Assembly: GCA_039630345.1 (NCBI GenBank)
Contig: JBCNVD010000030.1
Location: forward strand, 1-52,001
DNA length: 52,001 bases
Source: Aquificaceae bacterium
GTDB taxonomy: Bacteria > Aquificota > Aquificia > Aquificales > Aquificaceae
Direction of reading: 5' to 3'
Position numbers and translations under genes: made by a program. Positions 20,743-30,924 of this stretch are shown here, piece after piece; position 1 is the first letter of the stretch, and each line of letters opens with the position of its first letter. The notes beneath the pieces are model-generated. The model made no database searches. It was not told the DNA's origin and saw only the letters and a program-made list of their open reading frames with translations.

Positions 20743-22680
20743 ATGGGTGAGTACTTTGGAGATGTTCTTAAGCGCGCAATGAGCCGAAGAGACATTGTCA
20801 AGGGTGCTCTCTTTGGCTCTGCAGGATTGGCTCTATTTGCCTGTGGCGGCGGCAGCGGAAGCGGTGGAACACCTTCCTTTACCTCTATCCAGCCAAATAC
20901 TAACGACAGGATAACACTCCCTGCTGGCTTTAGTCACAATGTCGTTATAAGGTGGGGAGACGCTCTTGACAATGGTCCTAATCTTGACTGGAACAGGATT
21001 CGTCAAAGTGGCCCAACTCAGGACGATGTAAATAGGCAGGCATCCTGTTTTGGTTATAACTGCGACTTTATAGGCTATTTTAGAACCCCTGATGGCAGGC
21101 ACTTACTTGCTGTTAACCACGAATATTGCAACCCAGAGCTTATGTTTCCAAACTTCCTTGATGGCACAAGAGCAAGGTCAGGAAGACCAACCCGCCAGGA
21201 AGCGGAATTTATGATGGAAGCCCATGGAGTTAGCATCGTTGAAATTCGCAGAGAATCAAATGGCACATGGACTTATGTAAGAGGCTCTTCTTTTAACAGA
21301 AGAATAACTGGGAAAACCCCAATAGAGATAACAGGTCCTGCTCGCGGTCACAGACTTATGCGCACATCCGCAGACCCAGAGGGCGTTAGAGTGCTTGGCA
21401 CTCTTAATAACTGCGCTGCAGGAAACACCCCGTGGGGCACTGTCCTTACCTGCGAGGAGAACTTCCAGTCTTACTTTGTCGGCAACAGAGACAGAATTCA
21501 GGACTCTCTGGTAAGACAGATTCATCAAAGGTATGGAGTGCCTGATAGCACCTATGGTCCAATGAACGGCTTTAACCAAGTAGATCAGAGATTTAACATA
21601 GAGTCAGAGCCTAACGAATCCTTTCGCTTTGGCTGGGTTGTCGAAATCGATCCTCTAAATCCTCAGCGCACGCCTGCTAAAAGAACTGCCCTTGGCAGAT
21701 TTAGACACGAAGCTGCCTTTAGCGTAGTTGCACCGGATGGCAGGGTAGTTGTTTATATGGGCGATGACGAGAGATTTCAGTATGTTTATAAGTTTGTAAC
21801 AAGAGGCACATATAACCCCAATAACCGCGAGGCAAACCTTGGTCTTTTAGATGAAGGCGATTTATATGTTGCAATCTTTAACGACGACCTTAGTGGAAGG
21901 TGGGAGCTTATTGCAAGTGCAAGAAGAAATCCAGACGGCACATATGCAATAACCCCAAACCCACGCCTTGGAGAACCCTATAGAAATGACCCCGCACTTT
22001 GCTTTATAGACACCCGCGGTGCTGCAACTGCTCTTGGGGCAACCACCATGGATAGACCCGAAGACATAGACTGGAATCCACGCACCGGAAGTGCATGGGT
22101 TGCTCTTACTTCAAACGATAGAAGAGGAGCCAGCGGACAACCCGGCGTAAACGCGGCAAACCCAAGACCTACCAACCATATGGGTCACATTCTTGAAATC
22201 AGAGAGGCAAACGGCAATCCATCCTCAACAACCTTCACATGGCATATTCCGATTCTTTGCGGAATACCAGGCGCCTCAGAAGCAAATAGAAAACTCGTTA
22301 TCTACGGAGTAGAAGCACCTGCAAATGCCCCTGCGATATCTGCCCCTGACAACTTTGTCATAGACTCAAGGGGAAATGTCTGGATAGCAACTGATGGCAA
22401 TCCAAGTAGTAATAGACTTGGCCTAAACGATGGGGTTTATGTGCTAAACCCCTTTGAAAGGGTCTTTAAGATGTTCCTCTCCGGCGTCCCTGGGTGTGAA
22501 ATTTGTGGTCCTGAGTTTACAAGCGACTATAGAACCTTCTTCTGCGCAATTCAGCACCCCGGGGAAACCGAAACAAACGAGCCAAATAGCCGCTGGCCAT
22601 ACGACTCTTCCAATGCAATAGTTCCAAGACCATCTGTTATAGCAGTCTGGAGAGACGACGGAAGAGAAATCTTTGTATAA
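20743..22680 (+). CDS. phoX: PhoX-family alkaline phosphatase, Tat lipoprotein, paralog 2
   Basis: GGAGG RBS then ATG 20743; SRRDIVK twin-arginine and LFAC lipobox, Gly/Ser linker, same catalytic motifs as paralog 1. Confidence 0.93.
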   Translation: MGEYFGDVLKRAMSRRDIVKGALFGSAGLALFACGGGSGSGGTPSFTSIQPNTNDRITLPAGFSHNVVIRWGDALDNGPNLDWNRIRQSGPTQDDVNRQASCFGYNCDFIGYFRTPDGRHLLAVNHEYCNPELMFPNFLDGTRARSGRPTRQEAEFMMEAHGVSIVEIRRESNGTWTYVRGSSFNRRITGKTPIEITGPARGHRLMRTSADPEGVRVLGTLNNCAAGNTPWGTVLTCEENFQSYFVGNRDRIQDSLVRQIHQRYGVPDSTYGPMNGFNQVDQRFNIESEPNESFRFGWVVEIDPLNPQRTPAKRTALGRFRHEAAFSVVAPDGRVVVYMGDDERFQYVYKFVTRGTYNPNNREANLGLLDEGDLYVAIFNDDLSGRWELIASARRNPDGTYAITPNPRLGEPYRNDPALCFIDTRGAATALGATTMDRPEDIDWNPRTGSAWVALTSNDRRGASGQPGVNAANPRPTNHMGHILEIREANGNPSSTTFTWHIPILCGIPGASEANRKLVIYGVEAPANAPAISAPDNFVIDSRGNVWIATDGNPSSNRLGLNDGVYVLNPFERVFKMFLSGVPGCEICGPEFTSDYRTFFCAIQHPGETETNEPNSRWPYDSSNAIVPRPSVIAVWRDDGREIFV

Positions 22681-22711
22681 AAGCCCACCAGTGCCTTCTG
22701 CGCCGCTCTTT

Positions 22712-22730
22712 GGGGGCTTTGCCCCCTTTT
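22712..22730 (+). terminator. Rho-independent terminator after phoX2
   Basis: GGGGGC-TTT-GCCCCC-TTTT. Confidence 0.75.
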
Positions 22731-22748
22731 CTAAATTATAATTCATAT

Positions 22749-22919
22749 GTGTATCCAAAGGTTTTAGAAGACGAAGAGAAGATAGTCGTAATCTATTCCG
22801 AAGAAGAAATAAGACACAAAGAAGAACAGGACGGAATAGAACTTTATTATTCAAAAGACTGGAATCCTGTTAAAATCATCTTGAAAAAAGATGAACGCTA
22901 TAAGCTCATTAGATTCTGA
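22749..22919 (+). CDS. Small hypothetical protein (possibly DUF2283-like)
   Basis: GTG start 6 nt after TATAAT; 56 aa, with GIELYYSKDWNPVKIIL resembling the DUF2283 beta-hairpin pattern. Confidence 0.6.
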   Translation: MYPKVLEDEEKIVVIYSEEEIRHKEEQDGIELYYSKDWNPVKIILKKDERYKLIRF

Positions 22920-24192
22920 GTCTCTTTTAATAGAGGGAGGAACTCGCCTAGAAGGTGCTGTCAGAATCTCAGGCTCTAAAAATGCCTCCTTACCAATTTT
23001 GATAGCTTCTTTGCTAACTTCTGAAAGGTGCACATTGAAAGAGGTGCCTGATCTTCTTGATACCAAAACCATGCGCGAACTTCTTGAATCACTTGGCGCG
23101 ACGCTAAATATAGCGGGCAAGTTATGGGAGATAGACCCCTCGGGGGTAAACTCCTTTCAAACCCCTGAAGAGCCCGTTAGAAAAATGCGTGCCTCGGTTC
23201 TGGCAATGGGTCCTTTGCTGGCAAGATTCAAAAAAGCTCTTGTTGCCATGCCCGGAGGATGCTCAATAGGAGTCAGGGGCATAGACCAGCATCTTAAAGT
23301 CTTTCAGCTATCAGGAGCAAACATAAATATAAGCCACGGCTATATTAGCCTAGAGGCAAAGATCTTAAAGCCCGTTGAATACACCTTTGAAGTAATAACC
23401 GTCACCGGCACCGAGAACGCGCTTATGCTCCTATCTGCCTGCGAAGGTCAGAGTGTTTTAAAGAATGTAGCTCTAGAACCAGAAGTGATAGACCTTGCAA
23501 AGGTCCTTTGCTCTATGGGAGCGGAAATATATTTTGAAGGCAGGACAGCTCTAATAAAAGGCTCTGAGTATCTTCGGGGTTTTGACCACACTTTGATCCC
23601 TGACAGGATAGAAGCAGGAACCTTGGCGGTTGCTTCTCACTTAACTGGCGGCGATGTCTTGCTCCTTGGTGCAAATCCAGAGCATATGCATGCGGTTCTT
23701 GAAAAGCTCGCAGAGTGCGGGGCAAAAATTTCTATACTCAAAGACGCAATCAGGATATCCTCAGAAGGGATAACAAAGCCCCTTGAAATAGCCACAGAGG
23801 AATATCCAGGCTTTCCAACAGACATGCAGGCTCAGTTTACAACCCTTTGCTCTATAGCCCCGGGGGATTCTAAAATCACAGAAAACATTTTTGAAAACCG
23901 CTTCCAGCATGTAGCGGAGCTTCAAAGAATGGGCGCAGACATTCAGGTGCGCTCAAGAACTGCATATATAAAAGGAAAGCGCGCCCTTACGGGCGCAGAG
24001 GTTTATTCAACTGATCTGAGGGCTTCGGCTTCTTTGGTCCTTGCTGGGCTAATTGCCAAAGGGACAACCATCGTTAGAGACATATATCACCTCGATAGGG
24101 GCTACGAAGCTCTGGAAGTAAAGCTCTCTTCTTTGGGCGCGCGCATAGCGCGCCTTAGATACTCTAACCAATCTGGAGCTTTTTCTCTTTGA
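22891..24192 (+). CDS. murA: UDP-N-acetylglucosamine 1-carboxyvinyltransferase
   Basis: SGSKNASLP, MRAS, PGGCSIG (catalytic Cys), PGFPTDMQ, TDLRAS, DRGYE. Confidence 0.97.
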   Translation: MNAISSLDSESLLIEGGTRLEGAVRISGSKNASLPILIASLLTSERCTLKEVPDLLDTKTMRELLESLGATLNIAGKLWEIDPSGVNSFQTPEEPVRKMRASVLAMGPLLARFKKALVAMPGGCSIGVRGIDQHLKVFQLSGANINISHGYISLEAKILKPVEYTFEVITVTGTENALMLLSACEGQSVLKNVALEPEVIDLAKVLCSMGAEIYFEGRTALIKGSEYLRGFDHTLIPDRIEAGTLAVASHLTGGDVLLLGANPEHMHAVLEKLAECGAKISILKDAIRISSEGITKPLEIATEEYPGFPTDMQAQFTTLCSIAPGDSKITENIFENRFQHVAELQRMGADIQVRSRTAYIKGKRALTGAEVYSTDLRASASLVLAGLIAKGTTIVRDIYHLDRGYEALEVKLSSLGARIARLRYSNQSGAFSL

Positions 24193-24595
24193 CCCCTTCG
24201 GATTTCTGGAACCTTATTTCTAAAATCCCGTCTTTGAACTCAGCCTTTGCAGAATCCTGCAGTGCATAAGGGGGCAAAACTATCACCCTCTCAAACTTAC
24301 CAAAAACCCTCTCTATCCTGTGGATGGTTTCGGTCTTTTCCTCGTGCTCTTGCTTTTTCTCGCCTCTTATGTAAAGAGCGTTGTCTTTGAGACTGACTTC
24401 AATGTCCTCGCGTTTAATTCCTGGCATCTCTGCCTTTACGACAATTTCTGAGTCAGTCTCGTAAACATCGACCGCAGGCGCTATAACTGCGCCTGCTTCT
24501 CTTGTTGGCGCAAGCTCATCAAAGAGCTTGTCAAATTCGCGCCTTATGCGCTCAAGCTCTGCAAATGGGTTCCATTGCATCAGGCCTCTTCTCAT
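24164..24595 (-). CDS. Small heat-shock protein Hsp20
   Basis: PAVDVYET, AEMPG, ERVFGKFER, AEFKDGILEI; AAGGAGGTG RBS. Confidence 0.95.
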   Translation of the reverse strand: MRRGLMQWNPFAELERIRREFDKLFDELAPTREAGAVIAPAVDVYETDSEIVVKAEMPGIKREDIEVSLKDNALYIRGEKKQEHEEKTETIHRIERVFGKFERVIVLPPYALQDSAKAEFKDGILEIRFQKSEGVKEKKLQIG

Positions 24596-24628
24596 AGCAC
24601 ACCTCCTTGATAGGATTTCTATAAATAA

Positions 24629-24656
24629 ACTTTAGTCTTTTGTTTTAAATTGTCAA
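24629..24656 (-). promoter_or_regulatory. sigma70-type promoter of hsp20
   Basis: Minus strand TTGACA-16 nt-TAAAGT upstream of the RBS. Confidence 0.5.
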
Positions 24657-24697
24657 GTGCCTGCAGATATCTCTTTCGCGATTAAAATTTCTTAGTT

Positions 24698-26404
24698 ATG
24701 AGAGACTACGATATTGTGATAGTTGGCGCAGGCGGTGCGGGTCTGCGCTGTGCGATAGAGTGCTCCAGAGACAGCTCTATTAAACTGGCGGTAGTGTCAA
24801 AGGTTTATCCAACTCGCTCTCACACGGGGGCTGCTCAGGGAGGTCTTAATGCCGCACTTGACCATCTTAGACTTGGCGATTCGCCTGCTTCTCACGCCTT
24901 TGACACGATAAAAGGCGCGGATTATCTTGCTGACCAGGATGCCGTGCAGTTTATGTGTCAGCACGCACCTGAGGTAGTTTATGAACTTGACCGCTGGGGA
25001 ATGCCTTTTTCGCGCCTTAAAAGTGGCGAGATAGCACAAAGACCCTTTGGCGGTGCTTCTTTTCCAAGGACTGTTTTTTCCGCAGACAGAACCGGGCATG
25101 TGCTTTTGCATACCCTTTTTGAACAGGCTCTATCAAAGGACAACATAGACTTTTTCAACGAATACTTCTTGCTTGACCTGATTTTTAGCCAAAGCAGGGT
25201 AAAGGGGGTTGTGCTATATGACATCAAAAACGGAGATGTTTTGACCTTAAGAGCAAAGGCAGTGGTTATAGCAACCGGGGGCTTTGCAAGGATTTACTGG
25301 CAAAGGAGCACAAACGCTGTAGGCAACACAGGCGACGGGGTCGCGGTTGCATTAAGAAACGGCATACCATTAAAAGACCTTGAATTCATCCAGTTTCATC
25401 CAACCGGACTTGCAAGAACAGGCATACTCCTTTCCGAAGCCTGTAGGGGCGAAGGCGGATATTTAATAAACAAAGAAGGCGAGCGCTTTATGAAGTTTTA
25501 CGCCCCTGAGAAGATGGAGCTTGCCCCAAGGGATTTGGTCTCAAGAGCAATAGAAGAGGAAATAAGAGCAAATAGAGGCTTTGGCACCGGAACAGGCGCT
25601 TATGTCCTTCTGGATCTAAGACACCTTGGTGAGCAAAAGATAAAAGAGCGCCTGCCCCAGGTGAGACAGCTCTCGATGGACTTTGAAGGCATAGACCCGA
25701 TTTATGACCCTGTTCCGATAAGGCCCTCCGCGCACTATTGTATGGGCGGAATACACATTGAAAACCACCTCACAAGTTCAACGCCGGTTGAAGGTCTTTA
25801 TGCAATAGGCGAATCCGCCTGCGTTTCAGTCCACGGAGCTAACAGGCTTGGCGGAAACTCCCTGATTGAGCTACTGGTTTTTGGTAAGTATTGCGGTATT
25901 GCAGCGCGCGAATATGCCCGTCAGGTAGAACTCCCTGCTTTATCAAAAGCTGAAGAGACTCATGGCGAGCGCCTTTTGCAGAGCGTTATGTCAAAAGAGG
26001 GCAACCTGAGACTTTCAGATATCAGAAAGAGAATGGGCGAAATAACCTGGGAAAAGGTTGGGATTTTCAGAGACGAGCGTTCTCTCTCTGAGGCTTTTCA
26101 GGAACTTTCCGAGCTTTTGCACATGTGGAACTATGTTCCAGTGGTCGATAGGAGCAAGGTCTTTAACACAAATTTGATCGAGCATCTTGAACTCAAAAAC
26201 ATGCTAGAAATTGCAAGGGCGGTTGCTTACTGTGCTATATACAGAAAAGAATCAAGGGGCGGTCACTATAGAAGTGACTACCCTGAAAGAGATGACGAAG
26301 GATTTTTGCATCATACTTTGCTAACCCAAACAGGTGATAAATTTGTAATAGAGCAGCTTCCGGTCAGGATAACTTCTTATCAACCAACTGAGAGAAAATA
26401 TTGA
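24698..26404 (+). CDS. frdA: Fumarate reductase / succinate dehydrogenase flavoprotein subunit
   Basis: [16 protein letters not shown] (covalent-FAD His), [38 protein letters not shown]. Confidence 0.93.
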   Translation: MRDYDIVIVGAGGAGLRCAIECSRDSSIKLAVVSKVYPTRSHTGAAQGGLNAALDHLRLGDSPASHAFDTIKGADYLADQDAVQFMCQHAPEVVYELDRWGMPFSRLKSGEIAQRPFGGASFPRTVFSADRTGHVLLHTLFEQALSKDNIDFFNEYFLLDLIFSQSRVKGVVLYDIKNGDVLTLRAKAVVIATGGFARIYWQRSTNAVGNTGDGVAVALRNGIPLKDLEFIQFHPTGLARTGILLSEACRGEGGYLINKEGERFMKFYAPEKMELAPRDLVSRAIEEEIRANRGFGTGTGAYVLLDLRHLGEQKIKERLPQVRQLSMDFEGIDPIYDPVPIRPSAHYCMGGIHIENHLTSSTPVEGLYAIGESACVSVHGANRLGGNSLIELLVFGKYCGIAAREYARQVELPALSKAEETHGERLLQSVMSKEGNLRLSDIRKRMGEITWEKVGIFRDERSLSEAFQELSELLHMWNYVPVVDRSKVFNTNLIEHLELKNMLEIARAVAYCAIYRKESRGGHYRSDYPERDDEGFLHHTLLTQTGDKFVIEQLPVRITSYQPTERKY

Positions 26405-27051
26405 AAATGGACCCTCAAGAGGCAGTGGTATCTCTAACGGCTATTATGTTTGCGGTAATTTTGCATGAATACGCCCATGCTTGGATGGCGGATAAAATGG
26501 GTGATAAAACCGCAAGAGAGTTTGGCCGCCTTACTATAAATCCATTGCCACATATGGATCCTATCGGCACTGTTGTTTTGCCGGGGATTTTGATGCTCGC
26601 TGGCTCTCCAATCCTGTTTGGATGGGCAAAGCCGGTGCCCATAGACCCTTCGAGGTTTTATAGCCTCCGAAAGGGTATGTTTCTTGTGTCAGTAGCGGGG
26701 ATTTTAATGAACATTGCTCTGGCAATTGCTTTTGCGGTCTTTTATAGGCTTCTTTCTGGTTTCACAGGACCGGAGGAGATTAAAGACTCTATCTTGCTAC
26801 CTCTTGCAATACTTGCCGTTAAGTCCGTTGTGATTAATCTCTTTCTTGCCTTTTTAAATGCGATTCCTATTCCTCCGCTTGATGGGAGCAGAGCTTTGAT
26901 GAGCTTTTTCTCCATAAAATACTGGGAGGCATTTTACAGATTTGAACTATATGGTTTTATAATACTAACCCTGCTTATATTTACAGGTATAGTGGGCGGG
27001 CTTTTATATGCACCTGTTGCTTATTTATCTAACCTGCTTCTTGGGCTATGA
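26401..27051 (+). CDS. Site-2 protease (M50) family metalloprotease
   Basis: [22 protein letters not shown]. Confidence 0.93.
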   Translation: MKMDPQEAVVSLTAIMFAVILHEYAHAWMADKMGDKTAREFGRLTINPLPHMDPIGTVVLPGILMLAGSPILFGWAKPVPIDPSRFYSLRKGMFLVSVAGILMNIALAIAFAVFYRLLSGFTGPEEIKDSILLPLAILAVKSVVINLFLAFLNAIPIPPLDGSRALMSFFSIKYWEAFYRFELYGFIILTLLIFTGIVGGLLYAPVAYLSNLLLGL

Positions 27052-27470
27052 AATCCTGGGTTTATTACCTTCAGTTGCTGGTTAGAGATAAAGATTTAAA
27101 AGCGCAGGTTCTATCCTGCGTATATGTCGTTGCCCTGCCAGAAGATGAGAATCTAAGCCCCGTAGAGCTTGAGTGCTACGCAAGTGAATATCTGCCTCAC
27201 GAGCTTGCTCGCAAAAAGGCAATGGCTTACGCTCTGGGTCCAGAGGAAGAGATAAAAAATCCCTCTCGCTTTCGTCTAAAGGGCTATCGTGACGACTTAG
27301 AGCTCTATATTTTCGAAGAGGGAATCTCTTTTGAAGATGGTCTCGTAGAGGCGTTTCGATTGATGCTTGATGGTGTTGAAAACCCCTCTGTTGTCGAGCC
27401 AATTATGGATGTTGGCTCCCCGCCAAGGGAGCTCCTTCTCTCATGCCTGAAAAGAGCGATAAAACATTAA
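27048..27470 (+). CDS. Hypothetical protein (VxPxxxVGxPP motif)
   Basis: Overlaps both neighbours; composition typical of host proteins. Confidence 0.75.
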   Translation: MKSWVYYLQLLVRDKDLKAQVLSCVYVVALPEDENLSPVELECYASEYLPHELARKKAMAYALGPEEEIKNPSRFRLKGYRDDLELYIFEEGISFEDGLVEAFRLMLDGVENPSVVEPIMDVGSPPRELLLSCLKRAIKH

Positions 27471-28690
27471 AGACTTTTAGAGTTTTTACCTTAGGTTGCA
27501 GGAGCAATAGCTCAGACTCTGCTCAGATTGCCTCACAGTTTATAAGCGAAGGTCTTATCCCCGCAAGCGAGGGTAAAGAAGCTGATATATACATTGTCAA
27601 TACCTGCGCCGTGACTTCAGAAGCAGAGCGCTCTTCAAGACAGCTAATATATAAACTAAGGCGCGAAAACCCCTTTGCAAAAATCATAGTAACCGGCTGT
27701 CTTTCGCAAATAAAACCCCAAAGTCTACTTAACCTCAAAGAAGCCGACATTATAGTGGCAAACTCTCACAGAGAACAAATTTCCAAGATAGCACTTTCTG
27801 AAACATCTCAAAAAGTTTTTCACAAAAATATCTTTTCTCTATCTGAAAAGCTATCTTATAATCCAGTCCTTTACTTTGAGCGCTCCAGACCTTTTATAAA
27901 AATTCAGGAAGGTTGCAACCACTTTTGTAGTTTTTGCGTCATTCCCTTCGCAAGAGGCAAACTCCGCAGTGCCCCTCTGGATGCGGTCCTGAATTTAGCA
28001 AAAGAGGTCATAAACCAGGGCTTTGAAGAGCTGGTCCTTTGTGGTACTCAACTAAGTCAATATGGACTTGATATGGGTCTTAACCTTGCCTCTTTACTCA
28101 GAGAGCTTTTAAAACTCAAAGACCTTAGGCTCATAAGGCTATCTTCCATGCACCCAAAAGAAATAACCCCCGATTTACTTGACATTATGCTAAATTGCGA
28201 AACCATAGCCCCTCACTTTCATCTGCCACTTCAATCAGGCTCTGACAGAATCCTGAAACTCATGAGACGCGAAATCTCGGTAATAGAATTTTCCTCTCTG
28301 GTCGAGACAATTCTTGGCAAAAGACCAAACACCGCCATAGGCACAGACATCATAGTAGGCTTTCCCACAGAAACAGAAGAAGATTTCAAAGCGACGCTTC
28401 GCGTCATTGAAGAGCTCCCCCTTGCTTATATCCACCCCTTTAGCTTTTCTGAAAGACCTTACATAAAAGCCAGCTACATAAATCCAAAGGTCCCAGAGCG
28501 CATCAAAAAGCAAAGAGTAAAAATAATCAAAGACCTTGGGGAGAAAAAGCGCGCTGAGTTTGAGCTCAAAAACAAAAATACAAAACTGCGAGCTGTCGCT
28601 CTATCAGGTGATGAAATACTTACGGAAAACTACATCAAGTTGCCGGGGCGAGCAACCCCGGGCAAGGTATACGAAATTTGCCTCATCTAA
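27443..28690 (+). CDS. mtaB: tRNA t6A37 methylthiotransferase
   Basis: TLGCRSN, NTCAVT, CNHFCSFC, HFHLPLQSG, truncated TRAM with ENY. Confidence 0.9.
   Translation: MPEKSDKTLKTFRVFTLGCRSNSSDSAQIASQFISEGLIPASEGKEADIYIVNTCAVTSEAERSSRQLIYKLRRENPFAKIIVTGCLSQIKPQSLLNLKEADIIVANSHREQISKIALSETSQKVFHKNIFSLSEKLSYNPVLYFERSRPFIKIQEGCNHFCSFCVIPFARGKLRSAPLDAVLNLAKEVINQGFEELVLCGTQLSQYGLDMGLNLASLLRELLKLKDLRLIRLSSMHPKEITPDLLDIMLNCETIAPHFHLPLQSGSDRILKLMRREISVIEFSSLVETILGKRPNTAIGTDIIVGFPTETEEDFKATLRVIEELPLAYIHPFSFSERPYIKASYINPKVPERIKKQRVKIIKDLGEKKRAEFELKNKNTKLRAVALSGDEILTENYIKLPGRATPGKVYEICLI
28640..28665 (-). terminator. Hairpin inside mtaB just past the csgG-like stop
   Basis: TTGCC-GGGG...CCCC-g-GGCAA stem, 18 nt beyond the minus-strand stop at 28683. 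Confidence 0.4.
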
Positions 28691-29447
28691 TTTGCTCGCG
28701 GATTACATTCCCCCTATCGTCGTAGTAGATAATCCTTTCTCCAATTGAAACGCCGGGCGGGGCATATCTTTTTGTATCTTCAACTATTAAAGCTACTGCC
28801 CTTGCTATTAAATCTCTCACAGCCTCTTCCATAGGAGTGTTTTTAAACTGGTTAAACCAACCGCCGACGGGAATACCTCCCAGAATTCCGGCACCTCCTA
28901 TGCCAAAGTTCCACCTATCTGACTTGCCCTCCACAGCTCTTGAAGAGATTATTTCGCCACCTCTGACATTGATGATTCTCATATCAAGTCCTATGTGAGC
29001 GTTGCTCTTACCACCCTTTACACCAAGACCTATGCCAAATGGGGTTGGTATTACAACACCGCCTCCTCCGCTTGCTCCTGAAGCTCTACTCTCAAGTGCC
29101 GTTATAGCACCGGTTACTATAAAGTCCGCAGCTCTGAGAGTTTGCTGAGGTCTTATTCCTGCAAGCTCTAACTCCTCGCGAATTTCATTCATAACAGCCC
29201 TTTCCACGACCCTGAAACAACCTGTTTGAACAAGCGCGGTAACCAGCATATCAGCCAGACCCTCACCGATTTGATTATTGCACTGCGCAGCCTTACACTG
29301 GAAGGTTCTTGCTGCCAAAGTTCCTATCGGAGAGCTACAATTTGGCAAAACAAGGCGTCTTTCCTGAACTTGCTTTCCGTAAGTTCCCTCGTCCTGTGCA
29401 AAGACGAGAGCACTTGTGATAAAAAGTGCGCCAAAAATTTTCTTCAC
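28683..29447 (-). CDS. CsgG/HfaB family secreted protein
   Basis: Signal peptide, GLADMLVTAL, FRVVER, ADFIVTGAIT, DMRIINVRGGEI; GAGGAGG RBS. Confidence 0.85.
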   Translation of the reverse strand: MKKIFGALFITSALVFAQDEGTYGKQVQERRLVLPNCSSPIGTLAARTFQCKAAQCNNQIGEGLADMLVTALVQTGCFRVVERAVMNEIREELELAGIRPQQTLRAADFIVTGAITALESRASGASGGGGVVIPTPFGIGLGVKGGKSNAHIGLDMRIINVRGGEIISSRAVEGKSDRWNFGIGGAGILGGIPVGGWFNQFKNTPMEEAVRDLIARAVALIVEDTKRYAPPGVSIGERIIYYDDRGNVIREQIR

Positions 29448-29459
29448 GGCAAACCTCCT

Positions 29460-29867
29460 CTATTTGCAAGTTCCAATGTATTTGCCTATCATATGCATCT
29501 TTAAAAAATCCCCGTTGTCGTATCTGATTAATGTTATGCTCTCCATTTCCTTTTCTCCCATTTTCTTAATAGTTTGCTCGATTGTATATGTTTTTTTTCC
29601 TTCGGTGCACTCGAATTTCGTAGTCATCGGGGTTTTGGTATAGTCAGCGGGTCCGGATACTAACTTGCAATCAGGCATCTTTCCCCCTGGCATGTTAGGC
29701 ATATTTGGGATAGGGTTGTAATCGTCTTTTTGGCAGTTGCGCATGCTTTGCGGTTTATGTCTTTGGGTTTTACCTCCCTTTTGCTCCTCGGTAGTGACAG
29801 TAAATTCCCAAAGCTGTCCTGCAAAAGCTGCTCCCAAGAGACAAAAGCTTAAAATAAATGGTTTCAT
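29460..29867 (-). CDS. Secreted protein, DUF3617-like
   Basis: Signal peptide, GQLWEFTV, four Cys, C-terminal GKYIGTC. Confidence 0.75.
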   Translation of the reverse strand: MKPFILSFCLLGAAFAGQLWEFTVTTEEQKGGKTQRHKPQSMRNCQKDDYNPIPNMPNMPGGKMPDCKLVSGPADYTKTPMTTKFECTEGKKTYTIEQTIKKMGEKEMESITLIRYDNGDFLKMHMIGKYIGTCK

Positions 29868-29920
29868 TTCTCCCCTCTCTAAAATATTAAGTTAATATAA
29901 ATATACCCCTAAAGCACAAA

Positions 29921-30526
29921 GTGAGCAAGTTAATTTATCTCGTAAGACATGCCCAGAGTGAACTAAACGCAAAGGGAGTATTCCAGGGCAATCTGGATAG
30001 TGACCTAACTCCTCTTGGCTTTGTCCAATCAAGAATGTGCGCAAGAGCTCTAAAAAAAGAAGGCATAGAGCTAATTCTTAGCTCTCCCCAAAAAAGAGCG
30101 TTGAAGACAGCCCTTGTAATAGCTGATGTTTTAAACTTGGAAGTTGTTGTGGATAATCGCATAAGAGAGATGCACTTTGGAGCTTTTGAAGGTCAGAGTT
30201 TTTCGCAACTTTTAAAAACTCAAGAAAAAATAATGAAAGGATGGCTTAGAAATCCCGTTGAGAATCTTTTGCCCTTGCAGGAGGATATAAATTCCTTCAG
30301 ACAAAGAGTTGAGGAATTTTTTGAATATATCCTTGGAATTAAAAAAAACAGGCTTTTAATAGTTGCCCATGGAGGAACCTTGCACGCTATAGTTTGTATG
30401 GCACTTAATATGGGCCTTGAAAATCTATGGAAAATCCATATGGATAACGCTGCGATTACTCTGATTGAGTTTAAAAATCAAAAAGCAATCCTGAAGTACT
30501 TAAATCAAACTTTCCAAAGCTCCTGA
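29921..30526 (+). CDS. pspB: dPGM-like metal-independent phosphoserine phosphatase subunit B
   Basis: LVRHAQS, FQGNLDSDLTPLGFVQ, VAHGGTLHAIVC, LWKIHMDNA; resembles Hydrogenobacter PspB. Confidence 0.85.
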   Translation: MSKLIYLVRHAQSELNAKGVFQGNLDSDLTPLGFVQSRMCARALKKEGIELILSSPQKRALKTALVIADVLNLEVVVDNRIREMHFGAFEGQSFSQLLKTQEKIMKGWLRNPVENLLPLQEDINSFRQRVEEFFEYILGIKKNRLLIVAHGGTLHAIVCMALNMGLENLWKIHMDNAAITLIEFKNQKAILKYLNQTFQSS

Positions 30527-30906
30527 CAGTTCGAAAAATCAAGAATTCTAATGGGCTCTTCTATGTAAAACTCTATAGTACAATCGCACTTCGTTGTCTT
30601 TTTTGGCCACTCTATTATAAGCAGACCCTCGATGGAAAATTCCTCAAGCGACAAATCTTCAACCCTATAAAGATCCGCATGCAGGAGCTTGCCCCTTGAG
30701 GTTTCATACTCATTTAGAATCGTAAAAGTCGGACTTCTTACAAAAGCACCTGATATTCCCATCCCCTCCGCTATTGCCTTTACAAGGGTAGTTTTACCGC
30801 TTCCTATCTCACCTTTCAGGCATATAACTTTTGGCAACTTAACAAAAGCCCCGATTTTTCGCCCAAGAGTTCTTAGCTCCTCTTCGGTTTTTAACCTCAG
30901 CCTCAT
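30505..30906 (-). CDS. tsaE: tRNA threonylcarbamoyladenosine biosynthesis ATPase
   Basis: GEIGSGKTT, SPTF, HADLYR, IIEW. Confidence 0.95.
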   Translation of the reverse strand: MRLRLKTEEELRTLGRKIGAFVKLPKVICLKGEIGSGKTTLVKAIAEGMGISGAFVRSPTFTILNEYETSRGKLLHADLYRVEDLSLEEFSIEGLLIIEWPKKTTKCDCTIEFYIEEPIRILDFSNCQELWKV

Positions 30907-30924
30907 TAGGTTATATTTAGCCAT

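Noticed and set aside
19592..21647. 28-bp identical stretch shared by the two phoX genes (19592 and 21620) as gene conversion
   Set aside because: It encodes the conserved FRFGWVVEI motif with few synonymous options; too short to argue conversion.
24630..24650. HspR (HAIR) or CIRCE operator at hsp20
   Set aside because: Only one plausible half-site (CTTTAGT); the second arm is degenerate and no CIRCE inverted repeat is present.
24698..26404. Orphan frdA/sdhA as a novel system
   Set aside because: Dispersed respiratory subunit genes are ordinary in this lineage, and the catalytic motifs are canonical.
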